Shown here piece by piece: positions 13,835 through 27,600 of a DNA stretch of 64,000 bases. A program made the position numbers and the translations under genes. Origin of the DNA: Macrostomum lignano (taxonomy: Eukaryota); assembly GCA_002269645.1 (NCBI GenBank), contig NIVC01000251.1, forward strand, positions 620,001 to 684,000. The letters are read 5' to 3'. Numbering within the stretch: position 1 is the first letter of the stretch; each line of letters opens with the position of its first letter. Below the pieces are notes generated by a model. The model did no database searches. It had not been told where the DNA came from and saw only the letters and a program-made list of their open reading frames with translations.

Positions 13835-14490
13835 GCAGCCCCTGCCCCACAGCCCCTACCCCAACTCCTGCCCCAGCACTAGCTCCCTGCCCCAAATCCC
13901 CCTGCCCCCACACTCCCTGCCCCAACTCCCCCTGCCCCAACTCTCCCTGCCCCCACACCCCCCTGCCCCAACTCCCCTGCCCCACACCCCCTGCCCCAGC
14001 ACTCTCTGCCCCCACACCCCCTGCCCCAGCACTCTCTGTCCCCACATCCCCTGCCCCAACTCCCCCTGCCGCCACACCCCCTGCCCCAGCACTCTCTGCC
14101 CCAACTCCCCTGCCCCCACACCCCATGCCCCAGCACTCTCTGCCCCAACTCCCCCTGCCCCCACACCCCCTGTCCCAGCACTCTCTGCCCCCACACCCCC
14201 TGCCCCAACTCCCCCTGTCCCAGCACTCTCTGCCCCCACACCCCCTGCCCCAACTCCCCCTGTCCCAGCACTCTCTGCCCCACACCCCCTGCCCCAACTC
14301 CCCCTGTCCCAGCACTCTCTGCCCCACGCCCCTTGCCCCACTGCCCCAACTCCCTTTCCCCCACATCCCCTGCCCCAACTCCCCACGCCCCACACCTCCT
14401 GCCCCAACACCCCTGCCCCCACACCCCCTGCCCCAACTCCCCCTGCCCCAACAGCCTCTGCCCCAACAATCCCACCCACCCGCACCCACC
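13835..14490. repeat. C-rich 15-16-bp composite minisatellite just 3' of the GPCR stop
   Basis: Units CCCCAACTCCCCCTG, CCCCCACACCCCCTG and CCCCAGCACTCTCTG. Confidence 0.9.
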
Positions 14491-15129
14491 CGTGTTGGTG
14501 TCGCTTTGCTAACACTTTGTAACATTACAAATTTGTAAAATTTCACTTTGTAACATTGTAACATTACAAAACCCCATTTTTTCCCGTGTTATTTTGATCT
14601 CATTACTCGTATTAGCTTGTATTTCTTTAAAATAAGTGTCACTAGGCGCGCCAAAATGAATGTCAAGTAATGGCGTCAAAATTATGATAACAAATTTCAA
14701 GTACATATATTTTCACCTTTTAACCCATTATCATGTGTACATTTGTGTACTTGTAATTTGTTCCTTGAATATGTAATTATCCGTATAGCTTATTGTTGCG
14801 ATTCAATTGCTTTTAGGCTACGGAAGCAAAACTGCTTTCCAGTTTTGTCCTGCTAGTGCCGGGTTTTCAACCTGAGCAGAGAAAGGCAGTTCCAAAAAGG
14901 TAAAATTTGATTTTTTATTCATACTCAGCGCTTGCACTGGAATGCAATCAACATCTGTGTATTTCTGCTTCTGTTCACCCGATTTGCACTGACAAAACCC
15001 GCGACGCTTAACTGATCCCCTTTGTACTCTCTGCACTCCCCTCAGCTTTGCTTTTGGCTTTTTGGAAATTTGGCGTTTGCTTTGCTCTGATTTGCATGCC
15101 CCACTCTTCATATCTGCGGTTTTTTGTCC

Positions 15130-15545
15130 AAATCTCACTCGTACAGCTCTCTCATCACTTACCCGCCACTCTCATCACTCCCCACTCTCATCATTCCCTC
15201 TCGTCTCTCCTTATCATCTCTTCTCTCATCTCTTCCTACTAACCGTCATCTATCCCTCTCATCTCTCTACTCATCTCTCCTCTCATCTCTAGTATCATCT
15301 CTCTTCTCATCTCTCCCTCTCTCTCTCTCCCTCTCATCTCTCCCTCTCATCTCTCATTTCTCCCTCTCATCATCCCCCATTCTCATTACTTGCACTCTCA
15401 CCACTCGCCACTTCTCTTCATCTCTCCTCGCATCTCTTCCTCTCATCTCTCCATCTAACCACATACACTCACTTCTTCTGCATCTCCCATTCATCTCACC
15501 CAGCCGTCTCTTTCTCTCTTTCGCCTTCCACTCCCCCTCGCCATC
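15130..15545. repeat. CT-rich low-complexity tract (CTCTCAT-like)
   Basis: Read directly. Confidence 0.8.
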
Positions 15546-16044
15546 ATACCATTCGTGGGCAATATGGCTCACGTGTTTATATTTTTTATTGTTTTGCTTG
15601 CAAAAACACCGAAGTAATTTTGCACATGGATCAGATAATGTTTATCTTATAATTATTTTGATAACAACTGAGTAACTTGAGCACCTTATACTGCTTTGAA
15701 TAAGAATTTTCCTGCACATTCGATATGCATAGCTGTTGTTCAAAATTCGTTATAAAATGTTTTTTTTCTGATTAGTTTTTAGTTTTTAAGTCCTGTATGA
15801 TTTTTTGAAACAGAGGAAGACAAATTTTTTGAATAAATTTTTTATTCGTTGATTGATGGATGGAATTTTTGTTTTAATTCAATTTTCGCCGGGACATCCG
15901 CAAAGCTGATTCTAGCATCTGTATGCACTGGAAAAAACTGTCAAATATTCTTCTAGCTGTCACGGGAATATTTTCATAATATCTTATCTACTCCTATGGG
16001 AATCTTCTATCCTTCTAAGTAATCTTTTCTCAGTTCCCACCGAT

Positions 16045-17115
16045 GCCCATCCGCCCCTACTGTCTCCCATCCGCCCCTACTGTCTCCCCATCCGCCCCTA
16101 CTGTCTCCCCATCCACCCCTACTGTCTCCCCATCCGCCCCTACTGTCTCCCATCCGCCCCTACTGTCTCCCATCCGCCCCTACTGTCTCCCATCAGCCCC
16201 TACTGTCTCCCCATCGGCCTTTACTGCCTCCCCATCCGCCCCTACTGTCTCCCTATCCGCCCCTACTGTCTCCCCATCGGCCTTTACTGCCTCCCCATCC
16301 GCCCCTACTGTCTCCCTATCCGCCTCTACTGTCTCGCCATCCGCCCCTACTGTCACCACATCCGCCCCTACTGTCTCCCCATCCGCCCCTACTGTCCTTC
16401 TATCCGCCCTACTGTCACCACATCCGCCCCTTCTGTCTCCCATCCGCCCCTACTGTCTCCTATCCGCCCCTACTGTCACCACATCCGCCCCTTCTGTCTC
16501 CCATCCGCCCCTACTGTCTCCTATCCGCCCCTACTGTCTCCCTATCCGCCTCTACTATCTCGCCATCCGCCCCTACTGTCACCACATCCGCCCCTACTGT
16601 CTCCCCATCCGCCCCTACTGTCCTTCTATCCGCCCTACTGTCACCACATCCGCCCCTTCTGTCTCCCATCCGCCCCTACTGTCTCCTATCCGCCCCTACT
16701 GTCACCACATCCGCCCCTACTGTCTCCTAACCCAATCCGCCCTTACTGTCTCCCATCCGCCCCTAGTGTCTCCATCCGCCCCTACTGTCTCCATCCGCCC
16801 CTACTGTCTCCTATCCGCCCCTACTGTCTCCCATCCGCCCTTACTGTCTCCTATCCGCCCCTACTGTCACCACATCCGCCCCTACTGTCTCCTAACCCAA
16901 TCCGCCCTTACTGTGTCCTATCCGCCCCTGCTGTCTCCCATCCGCCCCTACTGTCTCCCATCCGCCCCTACTGTCTCCTATCCGCCCCTGCTGTCTCCCA
17001 TCCGCCCCTACTGTCTCCCATCCGCCCCTACTGTCTCCTATCCGCCCCTACTCATGTCTCCTAACCCAATCCGCCCTTACTGTCTCCCCATCCGCCCCTC
17101 TTGTCTCTCCATTCG
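16045..17115. repeat. 20-21-bp minisatellite (CATCCGCCCCTACTGTCTCCC)n
   Basis: About 50 copies; gives PSAPTVS periodicity in translation. Confidence 0.95.
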
Positions 17116-17579
17116 CCCCCATCTTCCTCGAGCCAACCTACAATCCAGCAGTATTGTGCATACCAATGCAGTAAGCCAGCTATAATGCAATTGATCTGGT
17201 ATGAATACTAGCTAGCATGCATGCTGGAGCAGTGCAAGCACTAATGCAGTGTTAACAGCTTCTGGATATTTCGTAATCTGCAGCGCTTGGTAAGTGTCTG
17301 AAGCATACATGTAACGCATAGCATAATCCTTTCTAATTGGCATGCATGCCAACCCAGTTTGACACAAAACTGCGTGAATATCTTCGCTAATTTAGATTCT
17401 CAATTAGCTTGATTCTCTGCTGCCGCGAATGTGAATTCTGCAATCATAAAAGTACATTCTAATTCTACTAATGAGTGCATGTCAGTTAAATTGTGTCGAG
17501 TTACTTTTTTCATTGTTTTCAAATCTTTCGGGGAAACGGGCCCGACGAGAATTCCTGAAATGATTTCCAAGAATGTCAG

Positions 17580-18670
17580 CGTTGAGTTTTCCTGGAAAGT
17601 GGCGCCGATTTGTCCTGGAATATGGCACCGAGTTTTACTGGAATATGGTGTCGAGTTGTCCTGGAATATGGCGCCGAGTTTTCCTGGAATATGGCGCCGA
17701 GTTTTCCTGGAATATGGCGCCGAGTTTTCCTGGAATATGGCGCCAAGTTTTCCTAGAATATGACGCCGATTTTCCTGGAATGTGGCGCTAAGTTTTCCTG
17801 GAATATGGCGCCGAGTTTTCCTGGAATATTGCGCCGAGTTTTCCTTGAATATGGCGTCGAGTTTTCCTGGAATATCGGAGCCTAGTTTTCCTGGAATATG
17901 GCGCTGAGTTTGCCTGGAATGTGGCGCCGAGTTTTCCTGGAATATGGCGCCGAGTTTTCCTGGAATATGGCGCCGAGTTTTCCTGGAATATAGCACCGAG
18001 TTTTCCTTGAATATGGCGCCGAGTTGTCCTGGAATATGGCGTCGAGTTTTCCTGGAATATGGCGCCGAGTTGTCCTGGAATATGGCGCTGGGTTTGCCTG
18101 GAATATGGCGCCGAGTTGTCCTGGAATATGGCGCTGAGTTTGCCTGGAATGTGGCGCCGAGTTTTCCTGGAATATGGCGCCGAGTTTTCCTGGAATATGG
18201 CACCGAGTTTTCCTTGAATATGGCGCCGAGTTGTCCTGGAATATGGCGCCGAGTTGTCCTGGAATATGGCGCCGAGTTGTCCTGGAATATGGCGCCGAGT
18301 TGTCCTGGAATATGGCGTCGAGTTTTCCTGGAATATCGGAGCCTAGTTTTCCTGGAATATGGCGCTGAGTTTGCCTGGAATATGGCGCCGAGTTGTCCTG
18401 GAATATGGCGCTGAGTTTGCCTGGAATGTGGCGCCGAGTTTTCCTGGAATATGGCGCCGAGTTTTCCTGGAATATGGCGCCGAGTTTTCCTGGAATATGG
18501 CGCCGAGTTGTCCTGGAATATGGCGCCGAGTTGTCCTGGAATATGGCGTCGAGTTTTCCTGGAATATCGGAGCCTAGTTTTCCTGGAATATGGCGCTGAG
18601 TTTGCCTGGAATGTGGCACCGAGTTTTCCTGGAATATGGCGCCGAGTTTTACTGGAATGTGGCGCTGACT
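17580..18670. repeat. 23-bp minisatellite (TTTTCCTGGAATATGGCGCCGAG)n
   Basis: About 46 copies with a GGCGCC core. Confidence 0.95.
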
Positions 18671-19354
18671 TTTCCAAGAAAAGGGGAAGTTCTCATAAAA
18701 CGTTTTCCAAGAATAGGCCTGAAATAGGCCGCCGAACTTTCCTGGAATTAGCTATGTGCATAATTTATTCAAAACTAAACAGGGTAATATTTGTCCAGCC
18801 ATTAAATTAAGAGTTCAGAATCAGAGTTCCAGACAGATTAAATTGCAGTGACATCAAAAGTCGTCGCATTTATTCCCAATAGCCAATTAAGTACAGATCG
18901 CGAATTCGACAAAAAAGTTATCCGAGACGCAGGCAGCGACCCAGAAAGATCAAAGGGACCGCCCAATTACAAAGAGGGTAGCGAAAAATGTCTCAAAAGG
19001 TTCCACCAGAGTAGGCTTGGAACTGCGTGCAGTTTCAACTTTATTCTTACTGCTAGCTACTAAGCTACATGTAAGTTTTGCGGCGTGTGTACAACAGGCT
19101 ACAGAGATCCTGTCTCAGATATATCCCCAAGGCTATAGAAAACTACTAGAGTCAAAAAGCGAATCCTAAATTAAGTACATGTAGCGATAGAGTGGGCTTG
19201 TAGGACTGACTTTTGGATGTTATACAAGGCTGAGTTCTCCATGCTTAAGTTTGCTTTGGCGTGGGCCAAAATTTGCCGACCCCCAGTGTAGATGTAGAGA
19301 GGAAATCAGACATCTGATAGCTTTGGGTGGATTTTGTTTTCGTACCACTGTAAA

Positions 19355-20420
19355 TAAAAGTTTAGTTTTGGCGCCACTGTACATGAAGACTTTATTTTGG
19401 CGCCACTGTACATTAAGACTGTTTTGGCGCTACTGTACATGAAGACTTTATTTTGGCGCCACTGTACATGAAGACTTTTTTTTGGCGCCACTGCACGTGA
19501 AGGCTTCATTTTGGCGCCACTGTACGTGAAGGGTTTATTTTGGCGCCACTGTACGTGAAGGCTTCATTTTGGCGCCAATGTACATAAAAGTTTGGTTTTG
19601 GCGCCATTGTACATGAAGACTTTATTTTGGCGCCACTGTACATGAAGACTTTGTTTTGGCGCCACTGTACGTGAAGACTTTGTTTTGGCGCCACTGTACG
19701 TGAAGACTTTATTTTGGCGCCACTGTACGTGAAGACTTTGTTTTGGGGCCATTGTACGTGAAGGCTTCATTTTGGCGCCAATGTATATAAAAGTTTGGTT
19801 TTGGCGCCATTGTACATGAAGACTTTATTTTGGCGCCACTGTACATGAAGACTTTGTTTTGGCGCCACTGTACGTGAAGACTTTATTTTGGCGCCACTGT
19901 ACGTGAAGACTTTATTTTGGCGCCACTGTACGTGAAGACTTTGTTTTGGGGCCATTGTACGTGAAGGCTTCATTTTGGCGCCACTGTACATAAAAGTTTG
20001 GTTTTGGCGCCACTGTACATGAAGACTTTGTTTTGGCGCCACTGTACGTGAAGACTTTGTTTTGGCGCCACTGTACGTGAAGACTTTCTTTTGGCGCCAC
20101 TGTACGTGAAGACTTTATTTTGGCGCCACTGTACGTGAAGGCTTTATTTTGGCGCCACTGTACGTGAAGACTTTGTTTTGGGCCATTGTACGTGAAGGCT
20201 TCATTTTGGCGCCAATGTACATAAAAGTTTGGTTTTGGCGCCACTGTACGTGAAGACTTTGTTTTGGCGCCACTGTACGTGAAGACTTTATTTTGGCGCC
20301 ACTGTACGTGAAGACTTTGTTTTGGCGCCACTGTACGTGAAGACTTTATTTTGGCGCCACTGTACATGAAGACTTTGTTTTGGCGCCACTGTACATGAAG
20401 TGAAGGTTTTGTTTTGGCGC
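19355..20420. repeat. 29-bp minisatellite (TTTTGGCGCCACTGTACGTGAAGACTTTR)n
   Basis: About 36 copies with a GGCGCC core. Confidence 0.95.
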
Positions 20421-20814
20421 CATTTGTCACAACACAAGAAAAAAATAAACAAGCTTAAATTTTCAAATTTTAAATTGAAACTGAAATTAAACTTATTCAT
20501 ATTGCCTGGTTGCAAAACACAAATAAAGATGATATATTTAGCCATACAAGGATATTCAATATGTAAGAGATTTTATATAGTTTTTAGCAACAAACATTAA
20601 CATTTAGGATGCGCGCCTTAATTCTGGTCGAGGAACTTTAATATATCAGGATAAGAACAGAGAGAAATGGTAGCAGAATACCGGCATAAGGAAGACAATT
20701 TTTTAACACCTGTCTTCTTTTGTTCCAATGCGAAAAAATACTCTTTGGTTGGCTATAAATGAGTACATATCAGCTTCTTATATTGACTGACTGGTTCTGC
20801 ACCTTCGGAAAGAC

Positions 20815-21830
20815 TGTCTAATCTACTCCTATCTACCGCTCTCTCTCTTTCATCTACTTCTACTATCTACTTCGCCTATCAACTTTCTTATGTCATCTTC
20901 CTGTCTCCAATATATCTGATACTCCTCTTATCTACCTCTCTCTCATCTACTTCTTCTATCTACTCCTCTATCTACCTCTCTTATCTGCCCCTATTTATCT
21001 ACCTCTCTTATCTACCACTATTATCTACCTCTCTTATCTACCTCTCTTATCTACCACTATTATCTACCTCTCTTATCTACCACTATTATCTACCTCTCTT
21101 ATCTACCACTATTATCTACCTCTCTTATCTACCACTATTATCTACCTCTCTTATCTACCACTATCATCTACCTCTCTTATCTACCACTATCATCTACCTC
21201 TCTTATCTACCACTATCATCTACCTCTCTTATCTACCACTATCATCTACCTCTCTTATCTACGACTATTATCTACCTCTCTTATCTACCACTATCATTTA
21301 CCTCTCTTATCTACCACTATCATCTACCTCTCTTATCTATCACTATTATCTACCTCTCTTATCTACCACTATTATCTACCTCTCTTATCTACCTCTCTTA
21401 TCTACCACTATTATCTACCTCTCTTATCTACCACTATTATCTACCTCTCTTATCTACCAATATTATCTACCTCTCTTATCTACCACTATCATCTACCTCT
21501 CTTATCTACCACTATTATCTACCTCTCTTATCTACCACTATTATCTACCTCTCTTATCTACCACTATCATCTACCTCTCTTATCTACCACTATTATCTAC
21601 CTCTCTTATCTACCACTATCATCTACCTCTCTTATCTACCACTATTATCTACCTCTCTTATCTATCACTATTATCTACCTCTCTTATCTACCACTATTAT
21701 CTACCTCTCTTATCTACCTCTCTTATCTACCACTATTATCTACCTCTCTTATCTACCTCTCTTATCTAACACTATTATCTACCTCTCTTACCTACCACTA
21801 TTATCTACCTCTCTTATCTACCTCTCCCTC
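20815..21830. repeat. 26-bp minisatellite (TCTACCTCTCTTATCTACCACTATTA)n
   Basis: About 33 clean copies plus degenerate flanks. Confidence 0.95.
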
Positions 21831-22769
21831 TTCTAATCGCGCTAAAACGAAGCAAATAAAAAGCAAAACGCTAAACAACCCAAACTACTACAAGTATTAT
21901 TAATAGCCAACAATGAATACATTATTATTATTATTAAAGAAATAATAAGTAGTAAAAGTGGCAGGATTTACACGGGAAACAAAAACACAACAGAAACGCA
22001 GTGACAGATAAATAGATAGATAGATATAAAGAATTTAAATCAGGAAGAGACAACACTGCAAACAGCTTGACTAGCATATGACACAAATATTTTGCTTCTT
22101 TGTTTAATTGCAACAACGGCTATGCAAAGTAACACTAAAAGTGAACAAATAGTAGCAATATTAATTTATTTATATACATGAGGATTATGAAAGCAAATAT
22201 ATAGGTTTAGACTAGTAAACTTCTTACATTACTGCTAGCCCGTGAAATTCAATGCGATAAAACACTGTATTAAATAAGGAAACTGACAATTTTATAAATT
22301 GTATAAGGCAACTTTGGAAGGCAGAGACAGACAAACTAACAGCTTATATAGTGGTGTTAACAATAACCAGATATTTTGTATAGCGGAAGAGAACAGAAAC
22401 GACTTTCACTACTGTTTATAAGTAGTATTATTAGTAATAGCGTGAAGTTATTGCAACTATAGGTCACTAAATGTTAAAAGCTACATCAATCGTCACTTTC
22501 ATTATACACTACTATACTATTAGTCAAATGTAGTAGTCACTATCGCGTTTAAATAAACAGCTTGGCGCACAAAATGATAAGTATTTATTTGATAAATAAT
22601 AAAATGACCGGCTGTTTTAAAACTGTTTTAAATATTCCGATAACCACGGCGCGGCAAAGTGAGATCAGAGGTGGATGAACTGGCAATGTGGAGAGAGATC
22701 GAGAGAAGAAGATTGATTTTTAAAGTGGAGAGGTGGTTAGAAGCGAAAGGTGAGGAAAATATAGGGAGA

Positions 22770-23350
22770 GGAGGGAGAGAAGAGGAGAGAAGGAGAGAGA
22801 GGGGGGAGGGGGAGAGGGAGAGAGGGAGAGGGAGAGGGAGAGGGAGAGGGAGAGAGAGGGAGGGGAAGAGAGGGAGAGGGAGAGAGAGGGAGAGGGAGAG
22901 GGAGAGGGAGAGAGGAGAGGGAGAGAGGGAGAGGGAGAGAGGGAGAGGGAGAGGGAGAGGGAGAGGGAGAGAGAGGGAGGGGGAGAGAGGGAGAGGGAGA
23001 GGGAGAGAGAGAGAGGGAGAGGGAGAGGGAGAGAGAGGGAGGGGGAGAGAGGGAGAGGGAGAGAGAGGGAGAGGGAGAGAGGGAGAGAGAGGGAGAGGGA
23101 GAGAGGGAGAGAGGAGAGGGAGAGAGAGGGAGGGGAGAGAGAGGGAGAGGGAGAGAGAGGGAGGGGAGAGGGAGAGAGGGGAGAGGGAGAGGGGGAGAGG
23201 GAGGGGAGGAGAGGGAGGGGAGAGAGGGAGAGGGAGAGAGAGGGAGAGGGAGAGAGGGAGAGGGAGAGGGGAGAGGGAGAGGAGAGAGGGGGAGGGAGGG
23301 GGAGGGAGGGAGATGGAAGAGGGCGGGTAGAGAGAGATGGGTGGGAGAGG
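22770..23350. repeat. (GGGAGA)n / GA-rich simple repeat
   Basis: Read directly; pure purine on the + strand. Confidence 0.95.
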
Positions 23351-23668
23351 GAGACTATTTTTCAAATCAAGCTACTCAGTACTTGGCTGTAACAGACTAG
23401 AACTAGGACTTTAAGGGGAAGGAAGAGATGGGAGAGATAGAGGCAGAGGTAGTATACCTAAAAAAACAGCCTAACTTAGACCGCATAGACAGACTAATTA
23501 ATAACTAGATGAGCCAGTAAAGCAAATATTAGCTAACAAAAGCACAGCTGGTGTCTAGCTAGTGCAAGTGTACCAATCAACCAGAGACAGCAAGCATGCC
23601 TCATCATTGACTCCTATAGTTAAAAACTTCCAACCAAGAGAAATCGGGTAGTCAGCCCGAAGCATCTT

Positions 23669-24637
23669 TCACAATCCGGTGCTGCACACTGAGAATGTCC
23701 CAGACGATATCGACGAAGAACTGGAGGCTTGCTGATACTGCTGATGCTGTTGTTGAGCGCTAAAGTTCAACAGTGGCGGCGGAGGCGGCAACGGCTGGAC
23801 GAATAAACCGATTTTATCCAAAACTGGAGCTCCATCAGCGGCAGGATTAGCGTCAGTCTGTTCATCCTCCGACTCGTCAACAGCTGACAATGTCGGATCG
23901 AAATCGGCAAACTCGTCGGCAACAGTTTGACATCGACGCTGTCGTTGCTCGGTTGACGAATCGCTGGAGTCTTCTTGCCATTTCTCTAACGACCTCCGAC
24001 GCGCGTTCATGAAGTAATTGCAGACTGTGGAGAGTTCCAGACCCAGCTGCTCAGCTATGATCGATTGCATCTCTTTACTAGGCCTGCTAGTTTCGTTGAA
24101 TATCGCGTTGAGTGTCCGGCGCTGGATGTCCGTGAACACCAGCCGGGGCTTCTTGGCCGGGGTGCCGTTCGGTTCAGACGGCTTTCTAGTTGACGATTGT
24201 GGAGCTGGCGCTGAAGACTGCGACTGCGGCTGGAGCACGGATCTGGTAGGTGGCAGCTTTGGCTGCTGCTGCTGCTGGGCCTGAGACAGAGGGCCGTTGC
24301 AGTCACCAGAGTCAGCAGTGTCGAAGCTGCGTTTCAAAGCTGCAATAATCAGTTAGACAGTTGTACATATATTACACTATACAATTTTAACATCATATTA
24401 GATAAAACGCATGAGACAAGAGAAAGAATGAAGAAAGATTAGAGACAGAAAGCTAAAGAGATTAGAGGGTTCTAGAGAGAGATTAGAGATAGCGAGAGAA
24501 AGATAAGAGATAGCAAGACAGAGATTAGAGATAGCAAGACAGAGATTAGAGATAGCGAGAGAAAGATAAGAGATAGCAAGACAGAGATTAGAGATAGCAA
24601 GACAGAGATTAGAGATAGCAAGAGAGAAACTAAAGAT

Positions 24638-24687
<50 letters not shown>

Positions 24688-27600
24688 GAGACAGTGAGAG
24701 GGAGAGATTAGAGAAAGCGAGAGGGAGTTTAGAGACAGTAGGAAAGAAGTTTGAGATAGCGGGAAAGAGACTAGAAATAGCGATTCTTAAATTGGATTAG
24801 ATGGCGATTCTGAGAATGGATCAGGGGCGATTCTGAGAATGGATCAGGGGCGATTCTAAGAATTGGTCAGGGGCGATTCTGAGAATGGATCAGGGCGATT
24901 CTGAGAATGGATCAGGGGCGATTCTGAGAATGGATCAGGGCGATTTTTGGAATGGATCAGGGGCGATTCTAAGAATGGGTCAGGGGCGATTCTGAGAATG
25001 GATCAGGGGTGATTCTGAGAGTGAATCAGGGGTGATTCTAATAGTGGATCAGGGGGGGCAATTGTTGCCTCTCTCAGGGCAAGAGACCACTTCAAAACTT
25101 ACAGGCCGAGTGCAGCGAAGACATTCTATCCTCTACGGGAGTTTGCAGCCATTTCCACATGCGTCGGAAAGTTTCCCGACCAGATTTCAATTTGCTCCAC
25201 GGCTTCGGATTGCGCAACAGGTCCGACAGGGTGCCCTGGCTCCGGCAGAGCACCTGCTGAGCGAACACCGCCTGAGGAATGCCGCACTTTTTCAACTCGA
25301 AGATGACTCGCTGGGCCACCTCTTTCGTATTGATTTCGAATAACGGATCCGAAGCTGTCGGTAAATCTGCACTGCCGCTATCGGAATTGGCGTCCTTCTT
25401 GCTGTTGTAGTCTTGCAGTGTTGAGACCAGAATTTCGGCCGCATTGTCTTGGACTGTCACTGCAGCGGCTTTTGACGTTTGGCTTTTTGACTTTGCCGAT
25501 GTCGGTTTGGGCTTTGCTGGACTGAGCGACACTGCTGCTTGGACTGGGGGTGTCGACAAGCTGGCTACCGAGCCTGGCGTGCGAGATTTTTGGTAGGTTT
25601 ATGGTATACTATTGTATGTTTATGGTATACTATTGTATGTTTATGTATGTTGTATGTTTATGATTATATATTATCTGTATGTTTATGGAAGATTATCTGT
25701 ACATTTATGGTAGATTATCTGTGTGTTTATGGTAGATTATCTGTATGTTTATGGTAGATTATCTGTATGTTTATGGTAGATTATCTGTATGTTTATGGTA
25801 GATTATCTGTATGTTTATGGTAAATTCTCTGCATGTTTATGGTAGATTATCTGTATGTTTATGGTAGATTATCTGTATGTTTATGGTAGATTATCTGTAT
25901 GTTTATGGTAGATTATCTGTATGTTTATGGTAGATTATCTGTATGTTTATGGTAGATTATCTTTATGCTTATGTTGGATTATCTGTATGCTTATGGCAGA
26001 TTATCTGTATGTCTATAGTAGATTATCTGCATGTTTATGGTAGATTCTCTGTATGTTTATGGCAGATTATCTGTATGGTTATGGTAGATTCTTTGTATGC
26101 GATAGATTATTGATATGTTTATGGTATACTCAATGTTGGGCACCATTAATGAAAATCTTAACTTTCATCAATAGCAAAAGCATTAGCATTAAAACAAAAA
26201 AAATCTTAACTTATTAACTCTTAATTTTGTTAAGTTAACTGAGAGTTAACTGATTATCATTAATAAGCATTAATCCATTAAAATTAACACAAAATATATA
26301 AATCTTGCACTAATTTCCAAAGCTGACTTTATAATGCACTATCTTTGCTTTTCCACCTTTTTAGTAAAACACAAAGGTCATGTAAGCAATTTATGAGCTA
26401 AAAAGTAATAAATAATATTTTTTAAAAAACTTGAATGTATAATACTACTAAAAGTAAGCATACAATAAAATAATAACTCAGCTATTTGAAACTTGAAAGC
26501 TAATTAGTTAATCATAAAATATGGATAGGAAGGTTGTTTTAGTAGCATCAACAGGCACAGCAAAAAGTTACAAAAGATTAGGAAAGAAGTGAATCAAAGC
26601 AATCAATGCTCACACGCAATAATAAAGTCAAATTTTAATTTATTGTTAAAGTTCTTTAGTAAGAAGTTGTTACATTTGCATGATCATTATTGTAAACAAA
26701 GAGATTAATTAGGCATTCAGGTAAATTGAAATACATTTGTAATGTTGTAACTTCTCGTCAGACTTATATTTTTGTTCTTTCTTTGCATCTTTATTTGGTC
26801 ATTGACATTGCCATTAATGTTAATGATGATGTCATTAACTCATATAATTATTAACACAAATTAGTTATTCCCTTAGTTCAAAAAAATCTTAATGGCAGTC
26901 CATTAATGTAAATGAAAAATCTTAACACTTATTAATGCTTATTAACAGACTGGTGCCCAACACTGGGTATATTATTGAATATATAATAATGGTAGATTAA
27001 TTGTATGTTTTAAGTAACTCTTCTATATATATTTTAAGGATTCTTTTAGATTCATACGTTTACATTAGACTCTTAGATTTTTTGACAAAATTCTTATGGC
27101 TTAATGATGGAATTCTAGTTAATATAAGACAATTCTTGGGGGGAAGTTGAAGGAAACCCTAGAAAAAGCATATTTGAGTTATAGATTGTGTTATAAAATA
27201 TGTTTTAAAATTACTTTTAATTAAAAGTTTATATAACTTGTTAAATTCTATTTTATAATAGACAATTTTCTAAAATCTATATACTTTATAGATAGATAAA
27301 TAGATACAACCTACTGATAAACCATTTTTAGTACAATAGATTATGATTAATTGAAAAATTTGCTATTATTTAAATAATTAATGTTGAGTTAAGAAACTCT
27401 TTAATCTAAGAGAAGTTGCTTGTTTTCATAAAAGATTGTAATTTTTCAATATATAAGTATATAATAGGCCTATAACATATTAAACTATTAGCCAAATAAG
27501 TCTAGGCCTAATTTGATAAAAATAAAGACTAAATTAAAGAATTTATCAAGCATAAAAAAGATTGTTAGATAGATGGCTAATTAATAAAACAATTATTTGT

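Noticed and set aside
13668-14564. Gly-rich / collagen-like and Pro-rich ORFs on both strands
   Set aside because: Products of the C-rich array, with no sustained Gly-X-Y register and open frames on both strands.
16043-20545. Multiple 60-425-aa repetitive ORFs
   Set aside because: All are translations of 21-, 23- and 29-bp arrays.
22628-23365. RE/RG-rich and LSLP-rich ORFs
   Set aside because: Translation of the (GGGAGA)n simple repeat.
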